From assembly GCA_944383925.1 (NCBI GenBank), contig CALWRM010000028.1, forward strand, positions 1 to 60,303: a DNA stretch of 60,303 bases, read 5' to 3'. The stretch is from an uncultured Clostridia bacterium (GTDB taxonomy: Bacteria > Bacillota > Clostridia > Christensenellales > UBA1750). The translations under genes and the position numbers were made by a program. The notes under the pieces were generated by a model. The model made no database searches. It was given only the letters and a program-made list of their open reading frames with translations, and was not told the origin of the DNA. Positions 39,331-49,385 of this stretch are shown one piece after another; positions within the stretch are counted from its first letter, which is position 1; each line of letters opens with the position of its first letter.

Positions 39331-40476
39331 ATGTCCAACCGCATCATGCTCAACCAGACCTCCTACCATGGCGCCGGCGCCATCGCGGAGATCCCCGGAG
39401 AGATCAAGGCCCGCGGCCTGCAAAAGGCCTTCGTCTGCTCCGATCCGGACCTGATCAAGTTCCAGGTCACCGCCAAGGTCACCGACCTGCTGGACCAGGC
39501 CGGCATCGCCTACAGCCTGTATTCCGACATCAAGGCCAATCCCACCATCCAGAACGTGCAAAACGGCGTGGCCGCCTTCAAGGCCGCCAAGGCCGACTGC
39601 ATCGTGGCCATCGGCGGCGGCTCCTCCATGGACACGGCCAAGGCCATCGGCATCATCATCGCCAACCCCGAGTTTGAGGACGTGCGCAGCCTGGAGGGCG
39701 TGGCGCCCACCAAGCAGCCCTGCGTGCCCATCCTCGCCGTGCCCACCACCGCCGGCACCGCCGCGGAGGTGACCATCAACTACGTGATCACCGACGTGGA
39801 GCGCAAGCGCAAGTTCGTCTGCGTGGATCCCCACGATATGCCCATCGTGGCCGTGGTGGATCCCGACATGATGGCCACCATGCCCAAGGGACTGACCGCC
39901 TCCACGGGCATGGACGCCCTGACCCACGCCATCGAGGGCTACATCACCAAGGCCGCCTGGGAAATGACGGACATGTTCCATCTCAAGGCCATCGAAATCA
40001 TCTCCCGCTCCCTGCGCGGGGCCGTGAACAACACCAAGGAGGGCCGCGAGGGCATGGCCTTGGGCCAGTATGTGGCGGGCATGGGCTTCTCCAACGTGGG
40101 GCTTGGCATCGCCCACTCCATGGCCCACACCCTCGGCGCCGTGTACGACACCCCCCACGGGGTGGCCTGCGCCATGATGCTGCCCATCGTCATGGAGTAC
40201 AACGCCCCCTGCACCGGCGAGAAGTACCGCCAGATCGCCCAGGCCATGGGCGTTGCGGGCGTGGAGGCCATGGACCAGGCCGCCTACCGCAAGGCCGCCA
40301 TCGACGCGGTGCGCCAGCTCTCCCAGGACGTGGGCATTCCCTCCAAGCTGCCCGCCCTGAAGGAGGAAGACCTGCCCTTCCTGGCCGAGTCCGCCTACGC
40401 GGATGCCTGCCGCCCGGGTAACCCCAGGGATACCTCCGTGGAGGAGCTGAAGGAGCTGTTCCGCAAGCTGATGTAG
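39331..40476 (+). CDS. fucO: Lactaldehyde reductase (iron-containing alcohol dehydrogenase)
   Basis: 'NRIMLNQTSYHG', 'GGGSSMDTAKAI', 'PTTAGTAAEVT', 'HSMAH', 'TPHGVA'. Confidence 0.92.
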   Translation: MSNRIMLNQTSYHGAGAIAEIPGEIKARGLQKAFVCSDPDLIKFQVTAKVTDLLDQAGIAYSLYSDIKANPTIQNVQNGVAAFKAAKADCIVAIGGGSSMDTAKAIGIIIANPEFEDVRSLEGVAPTKQPCVPILAVPTTAGTAAEVTINYVITDVERKRKFVCVDPHDMPIVAVVDPDMMATMPKGLTASTGMDALTHAIEGYITKAAWEMTDMFHLKAIEIISRSLRGAVNNTKEGREGMALGQYVAGMGFSNVGLGIAHSMAHTLGAVYDTPHGVACAMMLPIVMEYNAPCTGEKYRQIAQAMGVAGVEAMDQAAYRKAAIDAVRQLSQDVGIPSKLPALKEEDLPFLAESAYADACRPGNPRDTSVEELKELFRKLM

Positions 40477-40663
40477 GGGGCTGACCCCTTCCCCGGCCCC
40501 CGCAAACGGCTTTTCGCCGGGCGGGGGCCCTTTTCGTCCGTTTTCGAGCGCTTTTGCCCAAAAACTGTGGAAACTTCACAAGCAATCTGCTATACTGAGG
40601 GACGCGGCGTGTCCGTCCGGCCGGACGGGCGCAGCCAGCTCGCCGAAAGAAGGCCCTGCTTTC

Positions 40664-41773
40664 ATGTCTGCCGTATGGAACTGGCTCAAGAAGGAGGCGG
40701 TGTTGGCCATCGCCGCGCTGTGCGCCCTGGTCTCCGCCCTGTTCGTCCCCCCTTCCCCCGCCTATGTGGACTATCTGGACCTGCGCGTGCTCTGCCTGCT
40801 CTTCTGCCTGATGGTGGTGGTGGCGGGCTTTCGTTCGTTGGGGGTCTTTTCCGTGCTGGCCCAACGGCTGCTGGGCGGCCGGCGAAGGCTGCGGGTGCTT
40901 GTTCTATTGCTGGTGTTTCTTCCCTTCTTCTTCTCCATGTTCATCACCAACGACGTGGCCCTGATCGCCTTCGTGCCCTTTGCCCTGCTCACCCTGGGCC
41001 TGGCGGGCAGCCGGCGCTATCTGCTGCGCGTGGTGGTGTTGCAGACCATCGCCGCCAACCTGGGCAGCATGCTCACCCCCTTTGGAAACCCGCAAAACCT
41101 GTATCTCTACAGCTACTACCAGATGCGCATCGGCGACTTTTTCGGCGCCCTAGGGCTGTACACCCTGGCGAGCCTGGTGCTGTTGGCCCTGTGCTGTCTG
41201 TTCTTTCCCAACAAAACCCTGGAGCTCTCCTTTTCTCAAAAGGCCAGCATCTCCAGCCCTTTGGACGTTTGGCTGTTCCTGGCGCTGTTCCTGGTCTGCC
41301 TGGTCAGCGTGCTGCGCCTGGTGCACTACCTGATCCCCTTGGCGCTGGTGGTGCTCGTCTGCCTGCTGCGCGCCCCCAAGCTGCTCAAGGAGGCGGACTA
41401 CAGCCTGTTGCTCACCTTCGTCTGCTTCTTCGTCTTTTCCGGCAACATGGGCAACATCCCGGCGGTGCAGGACTTCTTCAGCCGCTGCATGGACTTTTCC
41501 CCCGTCGGCACGGCCATACTCAGCTCCCAGATCATCAGCAACGTGCCCTCGGCCGTGCTGCTCTCCCGCTTCACCTCCGACGGGGCCAGCCTCTTGATCG
41601 GCACCAACCTGGGCGGCCTTGGCACCCTCATCGCCTCCCTGGCCAGCCTCATCTCCTTCCGCTTCTACGCCGCCGAAAAGGACGCCAGGCCGGCGGCCTA
41701 CCTGGGCGTCTTTACCCTGTACAACCTAGCCTTTTTGCTCCTGTTGGCCCTGCCCGCCCTGCTTTGCGCCTAA
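40664..41773 (+). CDS. SLC13/ArsB-NhaD (ion transporter superfamily) permease
   Basis: 'SMFITNDVAL', 'AANLGSMLTPFGNPQN', 'SQIISNVP', 'GGLGTLIASLASL'. Confidence 0.85.
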   Translation: MSAVWNWLKKEAVLAIAALCALVSALFVPPSPAYVDYLDLRVLCLLFCLMVVVAGFRSLGVFSVLAQRLLGGRRRLRVLVLLLVFLPFFFSMFITNDVALIAFVPFALLTLGLAGSRRYLLRVVVLQTIAANLGSMLTPFGNPQNLYLYSYYQMRIGDFFGALGLYTLASLVLLALCCLFFPNKTLELSFSQKASISSPLDVWLFLALFLVCLVSVLRLVHYLIPLALVVLVCLLRAPKLLKEADYSLLLTFVCFFVFSGNMGNIPAVQDFFSRCMDFSPVGTAILSSQIISNVPSAVLLSRFTSDGASLLIGTNLGGLGTLIASLASLISFRFYAAEKDARPAAYLGVFTLYNLAFLLLLALPALLCA

Positions 41774-41837
41774 GCGGCCGAACCGGGGCCTGCCCCAAAC
41801 CTGAATTCTCGCACTTTTAGGAAAGGACGGCGCTTGT

Positions 41838-42401
41838 ATGCCTAAGAAAAAGCCCTACGTGGTGGGCATCGCGGGGGGAACCTGCTCCGGCAAGTCCACC
41901 CTGGCCCAGAAAATCCAGGACAGCCTGCCCGACGTGCGGGTGGCCCAGATCAACATGGACCGCTATTTCAAGAAGGTCACGCCCAACACCGTGGCCCCCA
42001 TCACCCGCAAGACCTATGTGGAGCATAACCACCCGGATTCCTTCGAGCTGGACCGCTTTTATGCGGATTTTGACGCGGCCATCGCCCCGGATTCCGGCAA
42101 CGAGCTGGTGGTGGTGGAGGGCTTGCTGATCCTCTACCTGGACCACATCCGCGACGCCCTGGACTTCAAGGTGTTCGTGGACCTCAAGAGCGACGAGCGC
42201 ATCGTGCGGCGCATCGTCAAGTTCATGGCCCGGGGCCAGAGCTTCGAGGAGGTGACGGAGCGCTATCTGGACACGGTGCGCTTCCGCCACGACGAGCTGA
42301 TCGAGCCCACCCGCTGGCACGCGGACCTGGTGCTCAACGGCAACCTGGAGCGCCACCAGGGCGTGGAGGCGCTGCTCTGCTATCTGCGCGCCCATCTCTA
42401 G
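41838..42401 (+). CDS. Uridine kinase-family P-loop kinase
   Basis: 'GIAGGTCSGKST', 'NHPDSF', 'VVEG', 'IEPTR.HAD'. Confidence 0.8.
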   Translation: MPKKKPYVVGIAGGTCSGKSTLAQKIQDSLPDVRVAQINMDRYFKKVTPNTVAPITRKTYVEHNHPDSFELDRFYADFDAAIAPDSGNELVVVEGLLILYLDHIRDALDFKVFVDLKSDERIVRRIVKFMARGQSFEEVTERYLDTVRFRHDELIEPTRWHADLVLNGNLERHQGVEALLCYLRAHL

Positions 42402-42415
42402 CATCCGCAAGCCCA

Positions 42416-42460
42416 AAAGGCCCCCGGGGAAAGCCTCGCTTCCCCGGGGGTCCGCTTTTT
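42416..42460. terminator. Bidirectional terminator
   Basis: CCCCCGGGGAA...TTCCCCGGGGG flanked by A and T tracts between convergent genes. Confidence 0.65.
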
Positions 42461-42466
42461 GCCGGC

Positions 42467-42937
42467 CTAGCGGTTGGAGCAGTTGGCCGCGTCGATGGCC
42501 AGCACCACCATCAGGCAGAGCAGCTCGTCCCGCTCGTGCACGATGTCCAGCACATAGGTATCCGTCCAATGGAACAGCTCCTTGCTCAGCTGCATCACCA
42601 TCCGGCCCTGGCCGTCCAGCACCCGGTAATCCCAGCCAAGCCAGTCCCCCTCCACCGTCCAGCCCTGCACGTCCAGGCTGTACACGGGCTTGAAGAAGCT
42701 GAACTCCTTGCGCACGCAGCCGATGCAGTTGTCGCCCACGTACAGGGCGAAGCGGGGCAGGAAGGTGAACAGCTCCTCCCGCACCGTGCCCAGGGGCCGT
42801 CCCTGGCTATCCTGGATCTCCAGCTTGTGGCCCCAGGCCAGCTTTCCCTCCACGCGGAAGGCCGTGGTCTCGTCCTCCCGATACACGTCATAGCTGTCCA
42901 GCCAGGAGAAAAAGCGCTGTTTGATCAGCAGTTTCAC
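42467..42937 (-). CDS. LURP-one-related/scramblase (Tubby C-like) protein
   Basis: 'IKQRFFSW.DSY.V', 'KEFSFFKP.Y', 'W.VEGD', 'KELFHWTDTY'. Confidence 0.85.
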   Translation of the reverse strand: MKLLIKQRFFSWLDSYDVYREDETTAFRVEGKLAWGHKLEIQDSQGRPLGTVREELFTFLPRFALYVGDNCIGCVRKEFSFFKPVYSLDVQGWTVEGDWLGWDYRVLDGQGRMVMQLSKELFHWTDTYVLDIVHERDELLCLMVVLAIDAANCSNR

Positions 42938-42962
42938 GAACGCGCCTCCTCTCTATTCGCCC

Positions 42963-43946
42963 TCACAGCAGGCTTGCGCGCAGCTCCTCGGCCGTCTTGG
43001 CGCTCAGGTAGGCGGGCGGCAGGTCCAGCATGGTCTTGCAGCCGCTCTGGCCCTCCTTGGCCAGGCGGTACACCGCGCGGGCGCAGGCCACCAGCACCGA
43101 GGAGGTGAATTCCGGGTTGGAATCCAGCTTCAGGGAGAACTCCATCAGCTGCTTGCTCCGGCCCTCAAAGCCCGTCCGGCCGCTGCGGATGACAAAGCCG
43201 CCGTGGGGAATGCCCCCGTGCTCCCGCAACAGGGTTTGTTGATCGATGAAATGGACGATGGTGTCGTAGTCGGCAAAGTACTTGGGCATCTCCACGATCT
43301 GCCGCCGGATGCGCTCCAGATCCGCCCCTTCCTCGGCCACCACGAAGCACTCGCGCAGGTGCTTCTGGCGGGTACTGAGTTCCGGGTTCTCGCCGGCGCG
43401 CACGGCGCGCAGGGCCTCCTCCTTGGGGATGGTGTATTGCCTGGCATCCAGAACGCCCTCGATGCGGCGGATGGCGTCGGAATGGCCCTGGCTGACGCCC
43501 TTGCCCCAGAAGGTGTAGTCCTGGCCCTGGGGCAGCGCGGCAGACATGTACAGCCGGCTCAGGGAAAACAGGCCCTGGTCCCAGCCGGCTGAAATCAGCG
43601 CCACGTGGCCGGAAGCCTTGGCCGCCGCATCCACCCGGGCGAAATGCTCCGGGATGTCCGCATGGGTATCGAAGCTATCCACCAGGTGGTAGCGCTGGGC
43701 CAACGCGGGGGTTTGCAGGGGCAGGTCGGTGGCGCTGCCGCCGCAGAGCACCAGCACATCCGGTCCGGACGCCTTCTCCAGTTCCTCCATGGGGAGCACC
43801 GGCACCCCCGCGCTGTGGATGCGCAGGCTCTCCGGCGGGCGGCGCGTATAGACGGCGTGCAGCTCCATATCGGGGTTTTGGCCGATGGCGCTCTCCACGC
43901 CCCTGCCCAGGTTGCCATAGCCGACGATGCCTATGCGAATGCTCAT
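42963..43946 (-). CDS. ddh: meso-Diaminopimelate D-dehydrogenase
   Basis: 'GYGNLGRG', 'CGGSATDL', 'VDSFDTH', 'FWGKGVSQGHSDA', 'PHGG', 'NPEFT'. Confidence 0.95.
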   Translation of the reverse strand: MSIRIGIVGYGNLGRGVESAIGQNPDMELHAVYTRRPPESLRIHSAGVPVLPMEELEKASGPDVLVLCGGSATDLPLQTPALAQRYHLVDSFDTHADIPEHFARVDAAAKASGHVALISAGWDQGLFSLSRLYMSAALPQGQDYTFWGKGVSQGHSDAIRRIEGVLDARQYTIPKEEALRAVRAGENPELSTRQKHLRECFVVAEEGADLERIRRQIVEMPKYFADYDTIVHFIDQQTLLREHGGIPHGGFVIRSGRTGFEGRSKQLMEFSLKLDSNPEFTSSVLVACARAVYRLAKEGQSGCKTMLDLPPAYLSAKTAEELRASLL

Positions 43947-44092
43947 GTGGTCTTCTCTCCTTTCGCCATGCAGGCGCGAACTTCTTTCCCATAGTATACT
44001 AAAGAAACGCGCCTTGGGAAAGTGGCGAAACAAAAACCTCCTGCCGGCGTTCCAAATGACGGTTCGGGCCTGCGGACGCCCGGCGCGCCGCG

Positions 44093-44305
44093 TCAGCGCA
44101 GGTCCCGGGCCCCGCCGGCCGGCGGCGGGGCCGCCCGCTCCAGACAGCTGGCGTACAGCGCCCGCGCCGCGCATCCGGCAAAGGGGTCCAGCCCTTGTCC
44201 CGCCGCACAGGCGGCCAACCCGACGCTCGCGGCCAGCGCCAGGGCCAGGACGGCAAGCCCCCGCCAGGGTAGGCGGCGTAGGCCGCGCTGCCATAGCCTT
44301 CTCAT
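44093..44305 (-). CDS. Small hypothetical membrane or secreted protein
   Basis: 70 aa, basic N-terminus and a hydrophobic helix; GGAGG upstream and a TTGCCT-17-TACACT promoter (44366-44338). Confidence 0.45.
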   Translation of the reverse strand: MRRLWQRGLRRLPWRGLAVLALALAASVGLAACAAGQGLDPFAGCAARALYASCLERAAPPPAGGARDLR

Positions 44306-44838
44306 CCCCTTCGCCTCCCTCGCTGGATCCCATCTCCAGTGTACGGCGGGCGGCGGGCGAAGGCAACGAACGCTTTTGTAAGCTTTGCTTTACCGCGCTA
44401 AATTTTCTCTTCTTCTATTTCTATAACGGCTTATTTCCAGTGCATTTCCCTATATCATGCGTATTTTACCCGCGTTTTTCTGAATTCTGGCGTGTTTCTA
44501 GCAAACTTTCCTCGATCAACGTCTAGGGCGCATGGGCTGCATGCGGACGGCGCAGGAGGGTTCCCGCGCCATCCGCCTTGCTTTTTCTGCATTTTTGCTT
44601 CACGCCCCGCGCCTTGTTCAAAAAACGCGAGACAACAAGCTCGAGAGCCCCTGTTTCAGGAAGGTTGGAGCGCTCCAGCCGGCCGCAAGACGCTGCTCCC
44701 CTTTAAATGCAAACCTTCTTGACTGAACGGATGCAAATGGGCAAAAACATCCAACGGCGCCTTCCAGGCACGGAACTTTTTTGTATTCCCCTTTGTCTAT
44801 AACAGATAGAGGCACAAATCGAGAAGGAGGGGAGACCC

Positions 44839-45114
44839 GTGAAAAAGAGAAATCTCGTTGGCATCGCGTTGTACCTGCTTGGCGTGGTTCTGTTTGTGCT
44901 CTCCAATTCCTCCATCGTCAGCGGCAGCCCGATCCATCTGGAGTATTTTCAGCGGGTGATTCTTTGCGGCGTCGCCGTTTGCTCCATCGGAACGGCCCCC
45001 TGCATTTTCCAGACCAAAACACGGGTCGGGATGGGGATCAAGTTCGCCGTTGCGGCGGCGTTGATTGTCTGCATTTTTGCATTTGGCGGATTTGCGAAGA
45101 ACAGCATGGCGTAA
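44839..45114 (+). CDS. Small hypothetical membrane protein (about 3 TM helices)
   Basis: 91 aa, hydrophobic; AAGGAGG RBS; more AT-rich codons than its neighbours. Confidence 0.6.
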   Translation: MKKRNLVGIALYLLGVVLFVLSNSSIVSGSPIHLEYFQRVILCGVAVCSIGTAPCIFQTKTRVGMGIKFAVAAALIVCIFAFGGFAKNSMA

Positions 45115-45321
45115 AGGAAGGCCGCCGAACAACTTCCCAACGGTAGATCCGCGCAAAACTCGCCGGGGCGGACGCGCAATCCTTCGCTGCGCTCCCCCGA
45201 AAAATTGGTTTTGGACGTCCTGTTTCGCGAAACTTTATCGCGCTAAAGTCCCGTCGCGGCCGCCCAAAACAAAGCGCTGCGTCCTCGATCGCTCGAGGAC
45301 GCAGCGCCTTTCTTTTCCGCC

Positions 45322-46077
45322 CTAGGCCATTTCCTGTAGGAAGGGCAGGGCCTGCTCGAACAGGTAGCTATGGCCCCTGCCCGCGTCGTTGAGGAAGTCG
45401 CCATGGCCGGGGCCATGGACCACCTGCAGGCGCAGGGGCGCGGCATATTCGAAATGCTCCAAGGTCTTGACAAAGAGCTGGTTCTGCTCGAGGCGGCAGG
45501 GCATGTCATCGTCGGAAACGATGAAGAGCTGGGGCGCGCCCTGGCTTCTTGCAAAATACAGGGGCGCTCTATGGTCGATTCTGGCCGTTCGTGGGTCTAA
45601 ACCGGAATACTTTAACACATTAAAGTGCGTGGTAGGCTGTCCGGACAGCTGCACGAAGCCGCCGAAGGCATCCGGATCCAGCCCATGGGCGCCCAGATAC
45701 TGCTTATCGAAGGCAAGCATCATGGAAAGGTAGCAGCCCGCCGAATAGCCGCCCACGAACAGCTTGCCGCGGCGCAGGTAGGCGTCGGCGTGCTCGTTGA
45801 CCCAGGCAACGGAGCGAGCCGCATCCAGCAGGAAATCCGGGTAGACGGCCTCGGGGAAGAGGCGGTAGTCCGGCGCCGCCACGGCGACGCCCGCCTGGGC
45901 AAACTCGCGGCCCATGCCCTCCAGGTCCTCCTTCACGCCCTGCTCCAGCCCGCCGCCGTAGAAGAACACCAGCAGGGGGAAGGGACCCTCTCCCTGGGGC
46001 AGGTAAAGGTCCAGGGCGTTGCGCTCCAGCCGCTCCGGCGCGTAACACAGGTCTTTGACGATCTTCACCTCGTACAT
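45322..46077 (-). CDS. Alpha/beta hydrolase (carboxylesterase-like)
   Basis: 'LDLYLP', 'FYGGGL', 'DYRL.P', nucleophile elbow 'GYSAG'. Confidence 0.85.
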   Translation of the reverse strand: MYEVKIVKDLCYAPERLERNALDLYLPQGEGPFPLLVFFYGGGLEQGVKEDLEGMGREFAQAGVAVAAPDYRLFPEAVYPDFLLDAARSVAWVNEHADAYLRRGKLFVGGYSAGCYLSMMLAFDKQYLGAHGLDPDAFGGFVQLSGQPTTHFNVLKYSGLDPRTARIDHRAPLYFARSQGAPQLFIVSDDDMPCRLEQNQLFVKTLEHFEYAAPLRLQVVHGPGHGDFLNDAGRGHSYLFEQALPFLQEMA

Positions 46078-46386
46078 GATGATCACCCTTTCCGTCCATA
46101 TTCAGTCCATCTTCAGCCCTCCGGCTGTTTCTCCCGCTTCGATCCGATCCAAGGAAGGCCCCAAAGCGGCGAAGGGACCGGCCTTCGTCTTCCCCGTCCG
46201 GTGGCCGTCGCCCTGACCGGGTCCAGCGTTGGAAAGGACGTTGGCCTGCCGCAGCGGGCCCACGCGGCCCGCGCCTTCGCGCCGCTTTCACGTAATAAAG
46301 TTATTGATTTTTATCCCATTTTTATTGGGTATTTCCCAGACAATTGGCCGTTTTCCATGATTTATTCCCGAAAATCCCTCCGCCTT

Positions 46387-48072
46387 CTAGAGATAGCGTC
46401 CGGCGGTCACGTCCAGCAGGCCCCGGTCCGTCAAGCGCGCCTCCGGCAGCACGGGCAGGGGCAGGAAGGCCAGCGTCACGAAGGGCTCGACGCCCTCGGG
46501 CACGCCCATTTGGTGGGCCTTGCGGATCAGGGCGTCCAGGGTCTGGTCCACGGCGCTGGCCCCTTGCAGGGAAAGCAGGCCCATGGCGGGCAGGGGCAGG
46601 CAGCCGGCCACATAGCCGTCCTCCACCAGCACATAGCCGCCCTGACAGCGGACCAGCTCCTCCACGGCCAGGCGCATATCCCGATCGTTGTCGCCCAGCA
46701 CGATGAGGTTGTGGGAGTCGTGGCCCATGGTGGCGGCGATGGCGCCGCCCCGTATGCCAAAGCCCTTCACGGCGGCCAAGCCGATGTTGCCGCTGGCCTT
46801 GTGCCGCTCCAGCACGGCGGCCTTGCTGTAGGTTCCGTCCGGCTGAAAGCGGCCGCGCAGGCCGGGCAGGCGCTCCTGGCGCAGCTTGGTCAGGATCTGG
46901 CCCGGCACCACCTCGATCACCGCCGCCGGCCCGTCCGCCATGGCGAAGGGGTCCGGGCCCAGCTCCGCCAGGCGAACCGTATGCAACAGCTCGTCGGGGC
47001 AGGCGGGCTTTTCGGGCAGGGGCCAGCTCTCCACGGGGCGGCCGCGATACAGCGCGCGCTCCACCACAAAGCCGTCGCGATCGTCCACCACCAGCAGGTT
47101 GGCGGCCTTGCCGGGGGTGATGGCTCCCAGATGCCGGAGTCCGTAGTGCTGGGCGGCGTTGCGGCTGGCCATCTGTACGGCCTGGATCAGGGGCAGGCCC
47201 AGGGCCAGGGAGGCGCGCACGTTGTGGTCGATATGGCCCTCCCGTCGAATGTCGCGGATGTGCTTGTCGTCCGTGCAGAAGCAGAAGGCGGAGCTGTCCA
47301 CCCCGCTGGCCACCAGGCCGGACACGATGCTCTCCAGGTTGCGGGCCGCGGATCCCTGCCGGACCAGGATGCGCAGTCCGGCGCGGGCCTCCTGCAGGGC
47401 CGCATCGAAATCCACGCATTCGTGGTCGCTGGAGATGCCCGCAAGGGCGTAGGCGTTGAGCGCGCCGCCCCGCAAGAAGCCGCCGTGGCCGTCGATGGGG
47501 CGGTTCTCAAAGAGGCGAAGCTTGTCCAGCATGTCCTCCCTGGCCTCCAGCACGGCGGGCAGGTCCATCACCTCGCCAAGGCCCAGCACCCTTGGGTCCC
47601 CCAGAAAGGGCGCCATATCCGCCGCGCGGAAGGCGCCGCCGTTGTTCTCCTCCGGCAGGGCGGGCACGCAGGAGGGCATCTGGACATACACGTCCGCCGG
47701 AACCCCCTTCAGGCATTCCATCAGGTAGGCGATGCCGGCGCCGCCGGCGACGTTGGCCACCTCGTGGGGATCGACGATGAAGGCCAGGGTGCCGTGGCGG
47801 GCCGCCTCCAGCACCAGCTCCGCCGGGTTGGCCAGGCAGGACTCCAGGTGCAGGTGCGCGTCCACAAAGCCGGGGCAGAGCAGGCGCCCGCCCAGGTCGA
47901 TCTCCTCCCTTCCGGCGTACTCGCCCACGCCGACCACCAGTCCCCCCTCCACGGCTACGTCGCCAGGATAGATCTCCCCCGTGTTGGTGTCCAGCACGCG
48001 GCCGTTTTTCAGCACCAACTCGGCCCTTTCCAGGCCCTGGGCGATGCGAGAAAGCCTTGCGTCAAAATGCAT
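46387..48072 (-). CDS. ade: Adenine deaminase
   Basis: 'PGFVDAHLHLES', 'DPHEVANV', 'GLGEVM', 'DHEC', 'CTDD', 'HDSHN'. Confidence 0.93.
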   Translation of the reverse strand: MHFDARLSRIAQGLERAELVLKNGRVLDTNTGEIYPGDVAVEGGLVVGVGEYAGREEIDLGGRLLCPGFVDAHLHLESCLANPAELVLEAARHGTLAFIVDPHEVANVAGGAGIAYLMECLKGVPADVYVQMPSCVPALPEENNGGAFRAADMAPFLGDPRVLGLGEVMDLPAVLEAREDMLDKLRLFENRPIDGHGGFLRGGALNAYALAGISSDHECVDFDAALQEARAGLRILVRQGSAARNLESIVSGLVASGVDSSAFCFCTDDKHIRDIRREGHIDHNVRASLALGLPLIQAVQMASRNAAQHYGLRHLGAITPGKAANLLVVDDRDGFVVERALYRGRPVESWPLPEKPACPDELLHTVRLAELGPDPFAMADGPAAVIEVVPGQILTKLRQERLPGLRGRFQPDGTYSKAAVLERHKASGNIGLAAVKGFGIRGGAIAATMGHDSHNLIVLGDNDRDMRLAVEELVRCQGGYVLVEDGYVAGCLPLPAMGLLSLQGASAVDQTLDALIRKAHQMGVPEGVEPFVTLAFLPLPVLPEARLTDRGLLDVTAGRYL

Positions 48073-48234
48073 GCGTTCCTCTCCTCCCTCCTCACTTGGA
48101 CCAGATCTTCTCGCCCCCGAGTATACCACAACCGCGGCCAAAAAAGAAGGCGGCATCCCCTTCCCAAAGGCGGCCGCTTCCTGTATGATGGTCTTGGATA
48201 CCCCAACACAAAAACCCATGAAGGGGGACTTGGT

Positions 48235-49299
48235 ATGTCCATCACGGGACTTGATACCCTATGCAGGCTCTCCAACGCAAAGACCCGCTCCATCTCCGCC
48301 GAAAACTTCACCGGCGAAAAGGGAAAGGGCGGCATGGCCACCCAGGGCTGCGGCGCCAACGCCGCCAGGGACCTGGGGCAGGGCTGGAAGGTTTCGCCCT
48401 GCATCGTGCTGGAAAGCGGAAAGACCTATGAGCTGGCCTCCATCGCGGGGCCCGGCGCCATCCAGCACATCTGGACCACGCTCTCGGGCAGTTGGCGCCA
48501 CGTGATCCTGCGCATCTACTGGGAAAACAGCCAACAACCCAGCGTCGAATGCCCCTTGGGCGACTTTTTTGCCAGCGCGGACATGGATAGCTACCGGCCC
48601 TTGTCCTCCCTGGCCGTGTGCGTGAACCCCGCCAGGGGCGGCAACTGCTACTGGCGCATGCCCTTCCAAACCCACTGCCGCATCACGGTGGAAAACATCG
48701 CCCCGGAAAACGCCACCCTCTTCTACCAGATCGATTACGAGCTGGACGAGCAGCCGGAAAACATCGCCTATTTCCACGCCCAATTCCGCCGCGTCAACCC
48801 CCTGCCCTACAAGGGCGTCTACACCATCGTGGACGGCATTAGGGGCAAGGGCCAATACGTGGGCACCTACCTGTTTTGGGGGGTGAACAACAACGGTTGG
48901 TGGGGCGAGGGCGAGATCAAGTTCTATTTGGACGGCGACAAGGAATTCCCCACCATCTGCGGCACCGGCACGGAGGACTACTTCTGCGGGGCCTACAACT
49001 TCGACGTCGGCGGCCAGTACACCGAGTTCTGCACCCCCTACGCGGGCCTTTCCAAGGTCCTGCGGCCGGACGGCGCCTATCGGGCCAACCAGCGCTTCTC
49101 CCTGTATCGCTGGCACATCGCCGATCCCATCCGCTTTGAGACCGACCTGGCCGTCACCATCCAGGCGCTCGGCTGGCGCAGCGGCGGCCGTTACCTGCCC
49201 TTGCAGGACGACATCTCCTCCGTCGCCTACTGGTACCAAACCCTGCCAACCTCTCCCTTCCCGGCCCTGCCCGATTACGACGGGCTGGAAATCATCTGA
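48235..49299 (+). CDS. DUF2961 / glycoside hydrolase family 172 protein
   Basis: 'RSISAENFTGEKG.GG', 'GPGAIQHIW', 'WWGEGEIKF', 'GTGTEDYF', 'DDISSVAYWYQ'. Confidence 0.88.
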   Translation: MSITGLDTLCRLSNAKTRSISAENFTGEKGKGGMATQGCGANAARDLGQGWKVSPCIVLESGKTYELASIAGPGAIQHIWTTLSGSWRHVILRIYWENSQQPSVECPLGDFFASADMDSYRPLSSLAVCVNPARGGNCYWRMPFQTHCRITVENIAPENATLFYQIDYELDEQPENIAYFHAQFRRVNPLPYKGVYTIVDGIRGKGQYVGTYLFWGVNNNGWWGEGEIKFYLDGDKEFPTICGTGTEDYFCGAYNFDVGGQYTEFCTPYAGLSKVLRPDGAYRANQRFSLYRWHIADPIRFETDLAVTIQALGWRSGGRYLPLQDDISSVAYWYQTLPTSPFPALPDYDGLEII

Positions 49300-49385
49300 T
49301 CCGCACGCCAAAGGGGCGCGGGCCTTCGCGTTTGTCGCGTTGCCCGTGCCCCTTTATTTTAGCTGCCTTGCGCGGCCGCACCCGT

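Noticed and set aside
46090-46380. Riboswitch or ncRNA between ade and the esterase gene
   Set aside because: It has GC-rich stems and an AT-rich patch but no conserved aptamer motif I can recognise; an Rfam scan would be needed.
45625-48234. 1224-aa ORF 45625-49299 as one giant protein
   Set aside because: Only the part from ATG 48235 (with an RBS) is GH172-like; the upstream part is antisense to ade and the esterase gene.
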